Positions 1-10,263 of a stretch of 64,000 nt of DNA are shown here, piece after piece. Source of the stretch: Candidatus Bathyarchaeia archaeon (GTDB lineage Archaea; Thermoproteota; Bathyarchaeia; 40CM-2-53-6); assembly GCA_050013255.1 (NCBI GenBank), contig JBEKFP010000001.1, forward strand, positions 1,312,001 to 1,376,000, written 5' to 3'. The position numbers and the translations under genes are program-made. Position 1 is the stretch's first letter, and every line of letters starts with the position of its first letter. The notes beneath the pieces are model-generated. The model saw nothing but the letters and a program-made list of their open reading frames with translations, was not told where the DNA came from and did not search any database.

Positions 1-11
1 ATAATGTTACC

Positions 12-686
12 TTGAATATTCAAGGTAGCCCGAAGAGTAACCGCCTTTACCTGCAGAGTCTAACCGCCACAATCTACTACGCTGACGCAGCCGGGCTCCA
101 TCAGCTCGCAACCCAAAACCTTGTCAGCAACTCAGCAAACAGTTACGGGTACTACGAGTCTTACACGACTGGAAGTTTCAGCAAGAGCTTCACGGTGAAC
201 GTACCGCAGAATGCGCCGAGAACTTCACTGGTTGCAATATTCTCTGAGACCATCCAATCCAACAACTATTACTACTATGATTACTCGTCATACTTTGGTT
301 ATTCGTACTACGGAAACCCATTCTACGCCTACTACCCATCCTACAGCACTACGACCGATGAAGCAATAGCGCCTTTATCCTACATCAAAGCGACTACACC
401 TGAATATGTGGCTCTTCAGTCTGAGTATCAGATGCTTCAGCAGCAGCTGAACCAAACTCAAGCTCAGAACAAGCAACTACAAACCACGATTTCACAACAG
501 AGCACTATGAATAGCCAGCTTAACCAGCAACTAACATCAGCAAACGGCACAGCGCAGACTTACCAGACAGTCGCGGTAGCCTTCGTCATCATAGCGGTGG
601 CGTTGGCCGCATTCAGCATTTACCAGTTGAGAAGCAAAGGGAAAACGCAAAAGACGGGCGAAACTAAAGCATCCAAATCAGAATAA
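12..686 (+). CDS. Membrane-anchored surface protein (likely 5'-partial), Tyr-rich region, Gln-rich coiled coil, C-terminal TM helix
   Basis: 224-aa ORF at the window edge; C-terminal hydrophobic helix followed by a Lys-rich tail. Confidence 0.7.
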   Translation: MNIQGSPKSNRLYLQSLTATIYYADAAGLHQLATQNLVSNSANSYGYYESYTTGSFSKSFTVNVPQNAPRTSLVAIFSETIQSNNYYYYDYSSYFGYSYYGNPFYAYYPSYSTTTDEAIAPLSYIKATTPEYVALQSEYQMLQQQLNQTQAQNKQLQTTISQQSTMNSQLNQQLTSANGTAQTYQTVAVAFVIIAVALAAFSIYQLRSKGKTQKTGETKASKSE

Positions 687-861
687 TGATCCTCAAAGCG
701 TCAACCCCGTAACCATATTCGTCCACACGAAGCCCTGAAAGGGAAAACGCCCGCCGAAGCGGCTGGAATAACGGTCACGGAAGAAAACAAATGGCTGACA
801 CTGATTCAGAATGTGACGCAGATGTCCCGCTGGGCATTCAAGCTATGGCAGCTTACTCAGT

Positions 862-2154
862 TTACTTGTAGGTGGCAACGCCCCAAGTCTCAATCGCTCT
901 CCGGAGTTCCACGTGCTGGCGAGCATCTTCATCCAGACTCGATCCGCTCATGGCCACATCGATCGCCTGCCGAAGAGCCATGGCTCCAGCCCTCCCGCCA
1001 TCGGGGTGGCCCCATATACCTCCACCTGCTTGAATCACAACATCGTTCCCAACGAGTTTGACGAGTTCGGGGACTAGGCCCGGATGGAGGCCACCTGAGC
1101 ATACAGGGAAAACAGTTCTCTTTGTGCCCCAATCCTGTCCCAACCGGCCATTCCCTGAACTGACATTGTTTTGCTGGAGGTTGTCCCGGAGAGCGAGGAC
1201 CTCTTCCCTTGGAGATTCGAGTTTCCCGATGACAGTTCCAATGTGAAGTTGGTCCACGCCAATCAGGCGCGCGACATCTGAAACCGCAAGCATTGACATT
1301 CCATGAAGGGGGTTTCTTGTGAAGGCTGCGTGGAAAGCGCGGTGAGCGTGGATTGCGAGTTTTAGGTCTTCACATGCGTCGCGGAGCGTTTGGAGGGCTG
1401 CCCAGCCGCTCGTGATTATGTCGACCATAACGTACTCGCCCCCAGCTCTGGCGACGACTTTTGCTCGGCGAAGCATTTCGTTTGTTTCTGAGGTTACGTT
1501 GATGAGGTAACTCTTTCGTTCTCCAGTTTCATTTTCCGCTTTGTCCCGTAGCCTGAAGCATTCGTTCACTCTTTCCTTGAATTTGTTGAAGGGTTGCGAA
1601 GTGAGGTTCTCGTCATCCTTTAGGAGGTCTACGCCCCCCATCCAAGCCTCATAGCCGGCTTTCGCATGTTCTCTTGCTGTGAGGCCGAGTTTTGGCTTCG
1701 GTACTGTGGCAGTGAGAGGTCGCTTCTTCACCCCGAAGAGTTTACGGATTCCGCTCAAACCTAGTTTTGGACCTGAGAAACTGTTTAGGATCCTCTTAGG
1801 CCAATGTATGTTTTCCAATCTAAGGTTCTGAACGGTTTTCATCCCGAAGATATTGCCCGCTACTGAGCTGAGGATCTGGGGCATGTTTCCCGGCTCAAAA
1901 AGCTCTGGTGGGTAGGCAACCTTCACAAGGTTTCCTTCGATATCATACGCTTTAGCCATCAGTCGGCGGATTCGGTCTTTCATTGTGGTGAGTTCGGTCC
2001 ATGTTCCTACCGAGGACTCGGATGCAAGACGACCCGCGGCGTCTTCAATCGAAAAGCCAGCCGCAGGTTCGACACGAAACAAGCATATCAACTCGTCTGA
2101 TGTGGGCCTATGGCTAGCGTCTATGAAGTCTCGGTACCATTCTGTCATTACCAT
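862..2154 (-). CDS. rbcL: RuBisCO form III large subunit
   Basis: GVDLLKDDE carbamylation motif, HAHRAFH, SGG and QAGGG motifs; adjacent to R15P isomerase and AMP phosphorylase; start placed at ATG 2154 (MVMTEWY). Confidence 0.95.
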   Translation of the reverse strand: MVMTEWYRDFIDASHRPTSDELICLFRVEPAAGFSIEDAAGRLASESSVGTWTELTTMKDRIRRLMAKAYDIEGNLVKVAYPPELFEPGNMPQILSSVAGNIFGMKTVQNLRLENIHWPKRILNSFSGPKLGLSGIRKLFGVKKRPLTATVPKPKLGLTAREHAKAGYEAWMGGVDLLKDDENLTSQPFNKFKERVNECFRLRDKAENETGERKSYLINVTSETNEMLRRAKVVARAGGEYVMVDIITSGWAALQTLRDACEDLKLAIHAHRAFHAAFTRNPLHGMSMLAVSDVARLIGVDQLHIGTVIGKLESPREEVLALRDNLQQNNVSSGNGRLGQDWGTKRTVFPVCSGGLHPGLVPELVKLVGNDVVIQAGGGIWGHPDGGRAGAMALRQAIDVAMSGSSLDEDARQHVELRRAIETWGVATYK

Positions 2155-2186
2155 TCCCAACCTTCTGAGTAAGCAAGGAGGCGCCG

Positions 2187-2452
2187 TCAATAAAGAATCA
2201 CCCCGACGAAAGTGACTAGGTCTAAGCCTACTCCTGAAGAACATATGTCTAGTAATCTTGAAGTTCCTAAGACATCTTGCAAAATCAACATCGCTCCGAG
2301 CGGTGGAATTATTCCGCGCTCAGTGATTAATAGATCAATAAACTCAGGAGGCGTAACATCGAATGACGGGTTGCGAACGGCAACATGCCGGGTTGCTCAA
2401 GTTCGGTCTGAGAGATCACTTCAGTTCTGTCGCGTTCTTCTATTTTGATGAG
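2187..2452 (-). pseudogene. Frameshifted C-terminal fragment of a second ribose-1,5-bisphosphate isomerase
   Basis: Manual translation LIKIEERDRTEVISQTELEQ / frameshift / HVAVRNPSFDVTPPEFIDLLITERGIIPP matches the C-terminus of 2582-3568 (LIEIEERDASEIISPDEL...VRNPAFDITPPEYIDLIITEKGIVPP). Confidence 0.85.
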
Positions 2453-2575
2453 CCACTCGTCCTGCTGCTTCTCTGATTGAGAATCCCGTTGATGGCTGTA
2501 ATCTGAAAAGAACTATGAGGTTCTCTCGTGACGGGGAGTATGTGTTGTCAACGAACTCGTTGTAACAGTCGCCAT
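2451..2575 (-). pseudogene. N-terminal fragment of a second RuBisCO gene
   Basis: Manual translation DCYNEFVDNTYSPSRENLIVLFRLQPSTGFSIREAAGRVA aligns to RbcL EWYRDFIDASHRPTSDELICLFRVEPAAGFSIEDAAGRLA; the ATG at 2575 is out of frame. Confidence 0.85.
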
Positions 2576-2581
2576 TGTTGA

Positions 2582-3568
2582 TTAGTCCTGTTCCGAGATG
2601 CGGACTTTATGGTAGTCGCTGAGTTCCTCGGCTGTGAGCAGACCAAATTCTTGTTCAAGTATGAATATTGCTGCTTGTGGAGGAACTATTCCCTTCTCTG
2701 TTATGATCAGATCGATGTACTCGGGAGGGGTTATGTCGAAGGCCGGATTACGAACTGTCGCGTTGGGTATTTGGCTTAACTCATCTGGGCTAATAATTTC
2801 TGAAGCGTCTCGTTCTTCAATTTCTATAAGTTCTCCGATTAAGGTTTCGGGACTGAACTTGTAAGTCTCCGCTGCCACGAATACTCGAACCCTCGCCTCG
2901 TGTGCAGCTAGGGCTATCAACGATGTTCCAATCTTGTTGACTAATGCTCCATTGGCTGCAACCGCGTCGGCGCCTACAAATACCTTATCCATCTTGTTGA
3001 AAAAGAATCGCACAGCATCGTCGAGAATAAGCGTAACCGGGATTCCAATCGATCCAAGTTCTCGTGCCGTTAGACGCCCCTGGAACCTTGGTCTTGTTTC
3101 AGTAACGGTGACCTCGAATCGTTTTCCCTGTTTCCACGCCGTTCCTAAGATGGCGACGACCGCGGAACTATTGCAATGCGTCAGGATCTTGTCGCCGTCG
3201 GTGATCCGTTTCGCACCAATCTCTCCAATTCTCTGAATGGCCGACAACGAGTTCTGAATGAAATCTTCGGCCGCCTTTATGGCGACGGTTCGAATATCTA
3301 CCACCGTTCTAGCTTGGCCCAACACAGATGTGACGCGGTGCATTACGAACCGAACTGCGTTGGGAAGAGAGACCGCAGTGGGTCTTGTTGCAAGCAAAAG
3401 CTGTGAAGCGCCACGCAATTCCTCGACAAGTTCACTTGGAGAAGTCGCGGTTGATGATTCCGCCGTCAACTGTAGCGCTTGAGCCGCCGACCGTGCTATC
3501 TCTCCTGCTCCTCGTCTCTTCATGCTGCGAATCTCGTCAACAATACGTTGAACTTCGGAAGAAGTCAT
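2582..3568 (-). CDS. e2b2: Ribose-1,5-bisphosphate isomerase (eIF2B-like family)
   Basis: RGAG, RPTAVSL, LTHCNS, ETRP, GAD, NKIGT and NPAFD motifs; operon context. Confidence 0.92.
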   Translation of the reverse strand: MTSSEVQRIVDEIRSMKRRGAGEIARSAAQALQLTAESSTATSPSELVEELRGASQLLLATRPTAVSLPNAVRFVMHRVTSVLGQARTVVDIRTVAIKAAEDFIQNSLSAIQRIGEIGAKRITDGDKILTHCNSSAVVAILGTAWKQGKRFEVTVTETRPRFQGRLTARELGSIGIPVTLILDDAVRFFFNKMDKVFVGADAVAANGALVNKIGTSLIALAAHEARVRVFVAAETYKFSPETLIGELIEIEERDASEIISPDELSQIPNATVRNPAFDITPPEYIDLIITEKGIVPPQAAIFILEQEFGLLTAEELSDYHKVRISEQD

Positions 3569-3643
3569 CCGTAAACTTCCATGTCTTGTGCAGATCCGTA
3601 ATAGGTAATAGGTAATATGAAGGATTTCCAGCAGTATTTACGA

Positions 3644-5131
3644 TCACACTATTTCTATTCCCTGTGCGTGTTCTTCCCAGTATCTAACTGCAAAGAGCAG
3701 TGCCTCCTCGCTCTCTGAGTGGATACGCAGGAGTAGTTCTCCATCGTCGACGCTATCGCCAACATGTTTCATGAGATAGATTCCTGCTCCGGGATTGCGA
3801 GGCGCTCCAGCAAGTTTTGCTGTTCGCGCTATTATTCGGTTCCGAACCGCGTTCACTCGTCCGCTTCTCCGCGCACAAATTTCCTTGACATGCGTTCCTA
3901 GAGGAGTCAATTCCTTACGCCCTTGGAGGTTTCGAATTCGTTCAAATTTCTCGTAAGCCTCACCAGATTGTAGTAGATTCTCTGCGCGATCGTGTCCTCG
4001 ACCGTTTGGAGCCCGACCGGTGAACTCCAACAGTTCTCCAGATAGATAGAGAGATCTTTCTTTAAGGTCGGTTGGCGCATCAGGTTCGTTCCTTAAGACT
4101 TTGAGTAAGTCTTTAGCCTCCAAAACTGGACCGACGCCGTTGCCTATAGGTTGCGATCCATCGGTAATCACGACTTGAATATTCAAGCCTAGCCTAGCTC
4201 CGATTTGTCGAAAACGTTGCTCAAGACGAACAGCCCTTTCAGCCGTTTCTGCTTTGGAACCTGAACCCGTTGGAACATCCAGCAGCACATGCGTAGCTCC
4301 CGCAGCCTTCTTTTTCGCCAGGATGGAAGCGATCATGAAACTCTCTGAGTCTATGCTTAGTGGATGCTCCACCTGGATGATGAGGTCATCCGCTGGAGCA
4401 AGATTGAGGGCTCCTCCCCAGACAAGACAGCCTTTTTCACTCGCCGCTAATTCTTTGATGCGCTTGACCGGTAATTCGACGTTCATTAGTGTCTCCACAG
4501 TGTCCGCAGTACCTGAAGGTGACGTTACGGACCGCGATGACGTATTCGGAATAATCAAACCGGAAGCTGCGGCGATTGATACGACGATCGGAGTCGTTCG
4601 ATTTCCCGGAACTCCTCCGATCGAGTGCTTATCAGCGATTATTGAACCGTTGAAGTTTAACTGTTCACCACGATCGATCATCGCGCTAGTCAACGAATAC
4701 ACCTCATCATCGTTGAGAGGATTCATCGTTGCCGCCACGACGAACGCGGTTAACTCAACTGTTGAGTATCGTCCTTCCACAATGTCATCTACGATATTCA
4801 CAAAGTCTTGCGGCAACAGATGTGCTCCTGACATCTTGCGACGCAGTTGCTCCAACGATTTTGGCGGATCAGCGGGTCTCACGTCTACCGTTGCGCCGGA
4901 TTCCACTCCTAGCTTAGCGAACGCGGAATCGCTTAAACCGATAGAACCGGACGGTACGATTGTCCCTTCTGCCACGTTGAGCACAGCGAGAACTTTTCTA
5001 TCGTTCGCTGAGACTTCAACGCGATCCATCGGGTGTAATCCTACGGAGAATTTCTTCAGTTCATCGTGGTCTAGAAACGCAATGTTTTCTCTGTACGCGT
5101 CAATCCCAATCCGTTTCAAGGTCAGCTTCAT
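3644..5131 (-). CDS. deoA: AMP phosphorylase (thymidine phosphorylase family)
   Basis: DKHSIGGVPGN and SSRSVTSPSGTAD motifs; N-terminal extension typical of AMP phosphorylases; start placed at MKLTL (5131). Confidence 0.9.
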   Translation of the reverse strand: MKLTLKRIGIDAYRENIAFLDHDELKKFSVGLHPMDRVEVSANDRKVLAVLNVAEGTIVPSGSIGLSDSAFAKLGVESGATVDVRPADPPKSLEQLRRKMSGAHLLPQDFVNIVDDIVEGRYSTVELTAFVVAATMNPLNDDEVYSLTSAMIDRGEQLNFNGSIIADKHSIGGVPGNRTTPIVVSIAAASGLIIPNTSSRSVTSPSGTADTVETLMNVELPVKRIKELAASEKGCLVWGGALNLAPADDLIIQVEHPLSIDSESFMIASILAKKKAAGATHVLLDVPTGSGSKAETAERAVRLEQRFRQIGARLGLNIQVVITDGSQPIGNGVGPVLEAKDLLKVLRNEPDAPTDLKERSLYLSGELLEFTGRAPNGRGHDRAENLLQSGEAYEKFERIRNLQGRKELTPLGTHVKEICARRSGRVNAVRNRIIARTAKLAGAPRNPGAGIYLMKHVGDSVDDGELLLRIHSESEEALLFAVRYWEEHAQGIEIV

Positions 5132-5282
5132 GTGTGACGCTCCAAGAAATGACGAGGCGTCGGGACAGGGAGCCACTCCTGGCGGTTCATACGCCTAGAT
5201 TTAAGCATCTGATATTTCAGAATGTGCCCGTGTTATTTTCGATCCTCTGGGAAGCGTCGCTCAAGTTCTTGTGATTCTTCTG

Positions 5283-5406
5283 ACTGCACAGACATCAGAT
5301 GATGGCATTAGTCTTCGTCATTCTAGCGGTGGCTGCATTCAGCATTTACCAGCTGAGAGGCAAAAAGAAAACGCAAAAGACTGTTGAAACTCAAGCACTC
5401 AAATAG
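5283..5406 (+). repeat. Diverged direct-repeat copy of the 3' end of gene 12-686 (positions ~549-680)
   Basis: cttcgtcat..tagcggtgg..gcattcagcatttaccag.tgaga.gcaaa..gaaaacgcaaaagac is shared by both loci. Confidence 0.85.
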
Positions 5407-5461
5407 GGCCGTTTTCCCTGAGATACGACGGGCTGTTTCAGAAATAAGGTAGCGTGAAATA

Positions 5462-6070
5462 TTGAAGATGGCATGTGAGTTAGCAGGGCGATGCCAGTTG
5501 AGCGACCTGATTCTAAGCAAAGCGAAGACGGGCTTAGTAATCATCGACCTCCAAAAAGGAATCACGTCGATCTCGACTGAGCCATACGACACGAAGACTG
5601 TAATATCTAACGCTGCGAAACTGGCTAACGCTTTCAGAGAGAACAAGATGCCCGTATTCCTTGTACATGTCTCCTTTTCAAAGGAGACAGCTCTCCAACC
5701 CATCGCTGACCTTGCAATGCCTTCAAGAGGGACGATGCCTGCGGATTGGGCGGACATAGTGCCAGAGCTGGGGCCTGCTCCTTCTGATGTGGTAATTACC
5801 AAGAGGCAGTGGGGCGCGTTCTACGGCACCGACCTTGATCTTAGGCTTAGACGCGGAGGGATTGACACAATTGTGCTTGCAGGCATTGCAACGACTTACG
5901 GTGTGGAAAGCACCGCGAGGTTCGCGTATGAGTATGGCTACCAGCAAGTATTCGCTGAAGACGCCATGTCAGACCGTTCCACGGAAGCCCATAAGAATTC
6001 CATCGAGTTCGTCCTGAAGAGGATTGGAAGAGTCAGGAAGACAGCAGACATTCTGCAAGCGCTGAAATGA
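5462..6070 (+). CDS. Isochorismatase/cysteine hydrolase family protein (YecD-like)
   Basis: IIDLQKG, KRQWGAF and GIATTYGVEST motifs; true start may be slightly downstream. Confidence 0.9.
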   Translation: MKMACELAGRCQLSDLILSKAKTGLVIIDLQKGITSISTEPYDTKTVISNAAKLANAFRENKMPVFLVHVSFSKETALQPIADLAMPSRGTMPADWADIVPELGPAPSDVVITKRQWGAFYGTDLDLRLRRGGIDTIVLAGIATTYGVESTARFAYEYGYQQVFAEDAMSDRSTEAHKNSIEFVLKRIGRVRKTADILQALK

Positions 6071-6077
6071 TGGCACA

Positions 6078-7346
6078 TTACTCCAAAAGAAATGCCCGTA
6101 TCATATCCCAGTAATGAGAATGCTCAAGAGTACTGAAAACATCCTCGCATGAAGGTGGACTATCTGATGCATTTGGTGGGGTTAATGGCCCTCTACTCAT
6201 ATTCTTGGCTTGGATCGTTTCTGGCATGTCAGCGAGAAACCGTTTGTTCAAGGCATAGTATGCTGTGACTATGAAGATTCCGACGAAAGTGAGCAGCACA
6301 CCGACGACTGCGAACAAGGTAGTCCATGGAATTTGAGTATAAACGTTCATGAATATTGAAGGCCTGAGCCCTGAATTCCCCGATAGAACCAAGTAGGGGT
6401 ACCTGCCGCCATCATTCATGAATTCCCCAATCATCGCCACAACGATTGCTACTGGGCCGAGAACAAGCGCATACTTCGGCACAACCCCGTATCCTCGCTT
6501 AATCCTCTTCCAGACGTTGACGGATGCGAGGACGAGTAATGTGATTAGTGATAGTTTCAACGCGAAGAGTGGGGCTACATCAAATGTTGACCCTGCTTGG
6601 CCAAGGATATTGGAATATAGCAATGGTGCTCTGCTGTTTAGGTTGATTAGGTAGGATGGCCCCAAAACTCCCTGCACCGCAAGGAACAGTACACCGTGCC
6701 AGAGACCTATCCAAGCGAATTTCGGGTTCACGTTACCCTTAATCGTGAAGAAGGATGCGACAATGAAACCGCCTATCGATAAGGCGCCAAACCACGTATG
6801 CAATACCAACCAGGGATACAGCGGGTTGAAGAACACGGCTATCCGTGCAATATCTTTCATTCCTTGCATAGCCATTGCTAATGCGTAAGGGTAAGTTAGC
6901 TCAGCGAAAATGTACCTGAAACCGAAAGGAACGCCAAACCCCGAAACAGCCATCACGAACCCGACTAGAGTATGCAGCCCTGGCCGAATCTTCCCCCAAG
7001 TATACCAGAATAGGGCGATTGTTGGGATCCGAATCAGTATGGCTGAGAGAGCGATGAGGATGGGCAAGAAGATTATGTCCGTCGCTGTAGCCATCAGCGT
7101 AGGAAAGAAGCCGGCCAATACCACCGTTATGATCGTGCCCCAGACCCCGCTGAAAAGCTCGTGGATTATCAGAATCTTGAAGACTTTCCTCGACATGACC
7201 TCGAGGTCTGGCTTGTGTCGGAACCAGGCGAGGAACCTTGCCATGGCGGAGATCCAGCCTGTTCCAAGGGTGATGTTGACTAGTATGATGTGAACGATTA
7301 CGGCGACGCCGAGGATCGTGAAGCCGAGTATCTCGGTGCTCGCCAG
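6078..7346 (-). CDS. Cytochrome bd-family second subunit, CydA-like (CydA')
   Basis: Multi-TM protein with GEFMNDGGRYPY motif; the frame is open upstream of the ORF-track start to a CTG at 7346, adding a His-containing helix (VHIILV). Confidence 0.75.
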   Translation of the reverse strand: MASTEILGFTILGVAVIVHIILVNITLGTGWISAMARFLAWFRHKPDLEVMSRKVFKILIIHELFSGVWGTIITVVLAGFFPTLMATATDIIFLPILIALSAILIRIPTIALFWYTWGKIRPGLHTLVGFVMAVSGFGVPFGFRYIFAELTYPYALAMAMQGMKDIARIAVFFNPLYPWLVLHTWFGALSIGGFIVASFFTIKGNVNPKFAWIGLWHGVLFLAVQGVLGPSYLINLNSRAPLLYSNILGQAGSTFDVAPLFALKLSLITLLVLASVNVWKRIKRGYGVVPKYALVLGPVAIVVAMIGEFMNDGGRYPYLVLSGNSGLRPSIFMNVYTQIPWTTLFAVVGVLLTFVGIFIVTAYYALNKRFLADMPETIQAKNMSRGPLTPPNASDSPPSCEDVFSTLEHSHYWDMIRAFLLE

Positions 7347-7347
7347 C

Positions 7348-8895
7348 TTAGTCCACTCCTGCCCCTTTCTTCAGGAGTTCGGTGAACTTCAATCGTCTTG
7401 TTGAGACAATGTAGATGCCGTAGATTCCTACTATGGCGACGGCCACAAAGATTAGAGCAAAGGCTACGAAGACAAATGGGCTGATGGAAACAGGCGTTAT
7501 AAGTTCCTCTGGGTAAATCAACCCGTACACAGTCCAAGGCTTTCGGCCATCCTCACGTACGAACCAACCCAGACCACTCGCGAAAATCGACGCCGAGACA
7601 ACAAGCAGTGAAAGCAGGAACACAGACTTCTGTTCACCGAAACGATTGAGAATACGCTTCGTCAAACTTGACAGTGCACCGAGGTTGAAGTTCAGGGCAA
7701 CCAGCCCCACAATGGCCACCAAATCCAATATTCCGACGGCTATTTTCGCATAGTAGAGTGAATAGATTACAAGGAGGCGTGACTCGGACTTGGATAAGTC
7801 TGATAGGCAGACAGATTTTAGGGTCACCGAGGAAGCTGAACCCAACGTGATGTTAGGGGCAGCAGAAGCCGCGATGTTTCCGAGAGTTGTCTGCCCCAGT
7901 GAATCACATTGGCTTCTTAGCGTATCGAAACCAATTATTGGATGCTGCGGATCACCGTAGGCTAGGAAAGCTATCGGAGGATTTTGCGTTGTGTTGGCGG
8001 CGCCTTCCATCAGGGCGAATTTCGTAGGCTGCTGAACAGCAACAGCCTTACCCATCAGGTCGCCGAACACTGTTGGTTGAAGTATCAGCAGGACCAGAAG
8101 GATGGGCAGAAAAGCTTTCACAATCCTCACATACTTAGCCTGTCCAGTCTTCAAGAACCTGTAAGCGTACCCGACTAGGGCGAAGGACATCCCAACGATT
8201 ATTCCCGCGTTCACAGCGTGGAGTCCGCTTGCCAACGCGTAAGGAGAGGATAAAGCGACAAATGGGTCGCTCAACGTCAAACCAACAGCCCTTGCAAGGC
8301 CAGGGCTTTGCAAAACCTGCGACGCGGTTCCAGTAGCGAGTAGATTCTCAATGAGCTCCAACTTCAGCCTGACGAGGGCGGACGGGTCAGCTGCGCTCGG
8401 ACCGTATTGTGGTAGAAACGGGTACAGGTTTGACGCTAGATTGCCAGTTCCCCAGGGGACGTTCAGCCAACTGTTCACCGTCATTATCAAGACGCCGGAT
8501 AGAATGGCCATGGCACCATAGAAGATCATGATGCCTAAGCTTGCAAGCGGCCGAACCTTGCCCAATGTAACAATGAACATCACGAGCAGCACGATTTCGC
8601 CTATGAAGGCTACGAGTTCCAATGTTAGAGGCATCAGGCCGAAGGTTGCGATTACGAAGATTGAGCCAGGCCAAGCCTGAACAAGCCCAAATTCAACTAG
8701 GGTTCCAGTTATCGCGCCAAGCGCGAAGTTGAGGCCGAGGACAGCAGTAACGTTCCGTGCAGCATCATAGTATTCCTGATCTTTGGTTCTCCACCATTGG
8801 AACAGTAGTCCTCCGATCACCCATGGAAAGCCTAGGGAAATGGTTAGGAAGAAGGCGTGAATGAAGATTCCTAAAGCGCTGATTGGAAGCAACAT
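7348..8895 (-). CDS. cydA: Cytochrome bd ubiquinol oxidase subunit I
   Basis: HAFF heme ligand, NFALGAITG, QPTKFALMEG and GWFVREDGRKPW motifs. Confidence 0.9.
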   Translation of the reverse strand: MLLPISALGIFIHAFFLTISLGFPWVIGGLLFQWWRTKDQEYYDAARNVTAVLGLNFALGAITGTLVEFGLVQAWPGSIFVIATFGLMPLTLELVAFIGEIVLLVMFIVTLGKVRPLASLGIMIFYGAMAILSGVLIMTVNSWLNVPWGTGNLASNLYPFLPQYGPSAADPSALVRLKLELIENLLATGTASQVLQSPGLARAVGLTLSDPFVALSSPYALASGLHAVNAGIIVGMSFALVGYAYRFLKTGQAKYVRIVKAFLPILLVLLILQPTVFGDLMGKAVAVQQPTKFALMEGAANTTQNPPIAFLAYGDPQHPIIGFDTLRSQCDSLGQTTLGNIAASAAPNITLGSASSVTLKSVCLSDLSKSESRLLVIYSLYYAKIAVGILDLVAIVGLVALNFNLGALSSLTKRILNRFGEQKSVFLLSLLVVSASIFASGLGWFVREDGRKPWTVYGLIYPEELITPVSISPFVFVAFALIFVAVAIVGIYGIYIVSTRRLKFTELLKKGAGVD

Positions 8896-9138
8896 TGAAG
8901 TTGCAACCACGACCGTCAAGCCTCGATTACAGAAACACTGGACCAACAAACCGGTCTGCTGAATTTTAAGGAACGGTATGTAGAGTAATGCTGGCTGTCA
9001 AAAAAGACGAGCGTCGTAAAGAATTGAGCTGCGTTCCTGTCAGCTCAATAATGTGAACTCTCGCATGTTTTCAGCGGTGAAAACCCGTCGAGATAGCTTA
9101 TCACGATGTTCGATTGAGCAAGCACGCAAGGGTCTGCC

Positions 9139-10263
9139 GTGAACTTCTACATCACATTGACGACCAACTGCAACCTCAGATGCAGCTACTGCTACGGCAA
9201 GTCCTGCGAGGATTTTGGGTGCGACTTCCATGGGCTCGCAGTCGACTATTCGTTGCCCAGTGAAGTTGCCTATGACAGCGAGGTGCTGCGGAATTTTCTG
9301 CAGAAAGATCGAGAGGCCGCCCTGATTTTCTACGGAGGTGAGCCCCTGCTCCAGTTGAGCAAACTGCGAGAGATCATGAACACCGTCCAAGCTGACAAGT
9401 TCATCATCCAGACCAATGGCCTTTTGCTAGACAGGTTGGAGCCTGGGTACGTGAACAGATTCCGATCGATCTTCGTATCACTAGACGGCGAAGAAGCGTT
9501 GACGGACCATTATAGAGGGAAGGGGGTCTACAGGCGAGTTGCACGCAACCTGAGGCTGATCCGCGAGAACGGGTTTAAAGGCGAGGTAGTAGCGCGAATG
9601 ACCATCGGAGAAGAGACTGAGATCGATACACAAGTCCAGGCGTTACTTAACGGCGCAGAGCTGCCGATATCATCAGTCCATTGGCAGCTTGATGCGCTCT
9701 TTTGGCAGAATGACTATTCGAAGCGACAGTTCTCAGAGTGGGCTAGGACGAGTTACAACCCGCGCCTTAGGAGACTCATCGACCTTTGGGTGCAGCGCAT
9801 GAAGGATACCGGCGAGGTACTGCGGCTCTATCCGCTTCTCGGAGTCATGCAGTCTCTGCTTCTCGGCGAATCGAACCACCTACGTTGCGGCGCCGGTTGG
9901 ATTGTCTTCAACATCCAGACTGACGGGAACATAACACCCTGCCCCGTCATGGCGGGAATGAAAGACTTCTACCTAGGAAACATTCGCGAAACGCATCCCG
10001 AGAGTCTGAGAAACGCCGAGTTCGTATCCGAGCCTTGCACGCAATGCCAAGCACTTCCGATCTGCGGTGGGCGTTGCCTTTACGCGAATGTCACTAAACT
10101 TTGGGGGAACGAAGGATTCAGGCAAGTCTGCGCAACCGTCACCGACATGATAAACGCATTGCAGGAGGCACTACCCGAAGTAAGGTCCCTCATAGATAAT
10201 GGAAGAGTTCGGCTAGATTCTTTTGACTACATGAAATACAACGGATGCGAAATAATACCCTAA
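9139..10263 (+). CDS. Radical SAM/SPASM domain protein
   Basis: CNLRCSYC, YGGEP, SPASM cysteines CGAG...PC...CxxC..CGGRC. Confidence 0.92.
   Translation: MNFYITLTTNCNLRCSYCYGKSCEDFGCDFHGLAVDYSLPSEVAYDSEVLRNFLQKDREAALIFYGGEPLLQLSKLREIMNTVQADKFIIQTNGLLLDRLEPGYVNRFRSIFVSLDGEEALTDHYRGKGVYRRVARNLRLIRENGFKGEVVARMTIGEETEIDTQVQALLNGAELPISSVHWQLDALFWQNDYSKRQFSEWARTSYNPRLRRLIDLWVQRMKDTGEVLRLYPLLGVMQSLLLGESNHLRCGAGWIVFNIQTDGNITPCPVMAGMKDFYLGNIRETHPESLRNAEFVSEPCTQCQALPICGGRCLYANVTKLWGNEGFRQVCATVTDMINALQEALPEVRSLIDNGRVRLDSFDYMKYNGCEIIP

Noticed and set aside
4254-5198. 314-aa plus-strand ORF and the many other short antisense ORFs in the track
   Set aside because: These are shadow frames of well-supported genes on the opposite strand, with no recognisable motifs.
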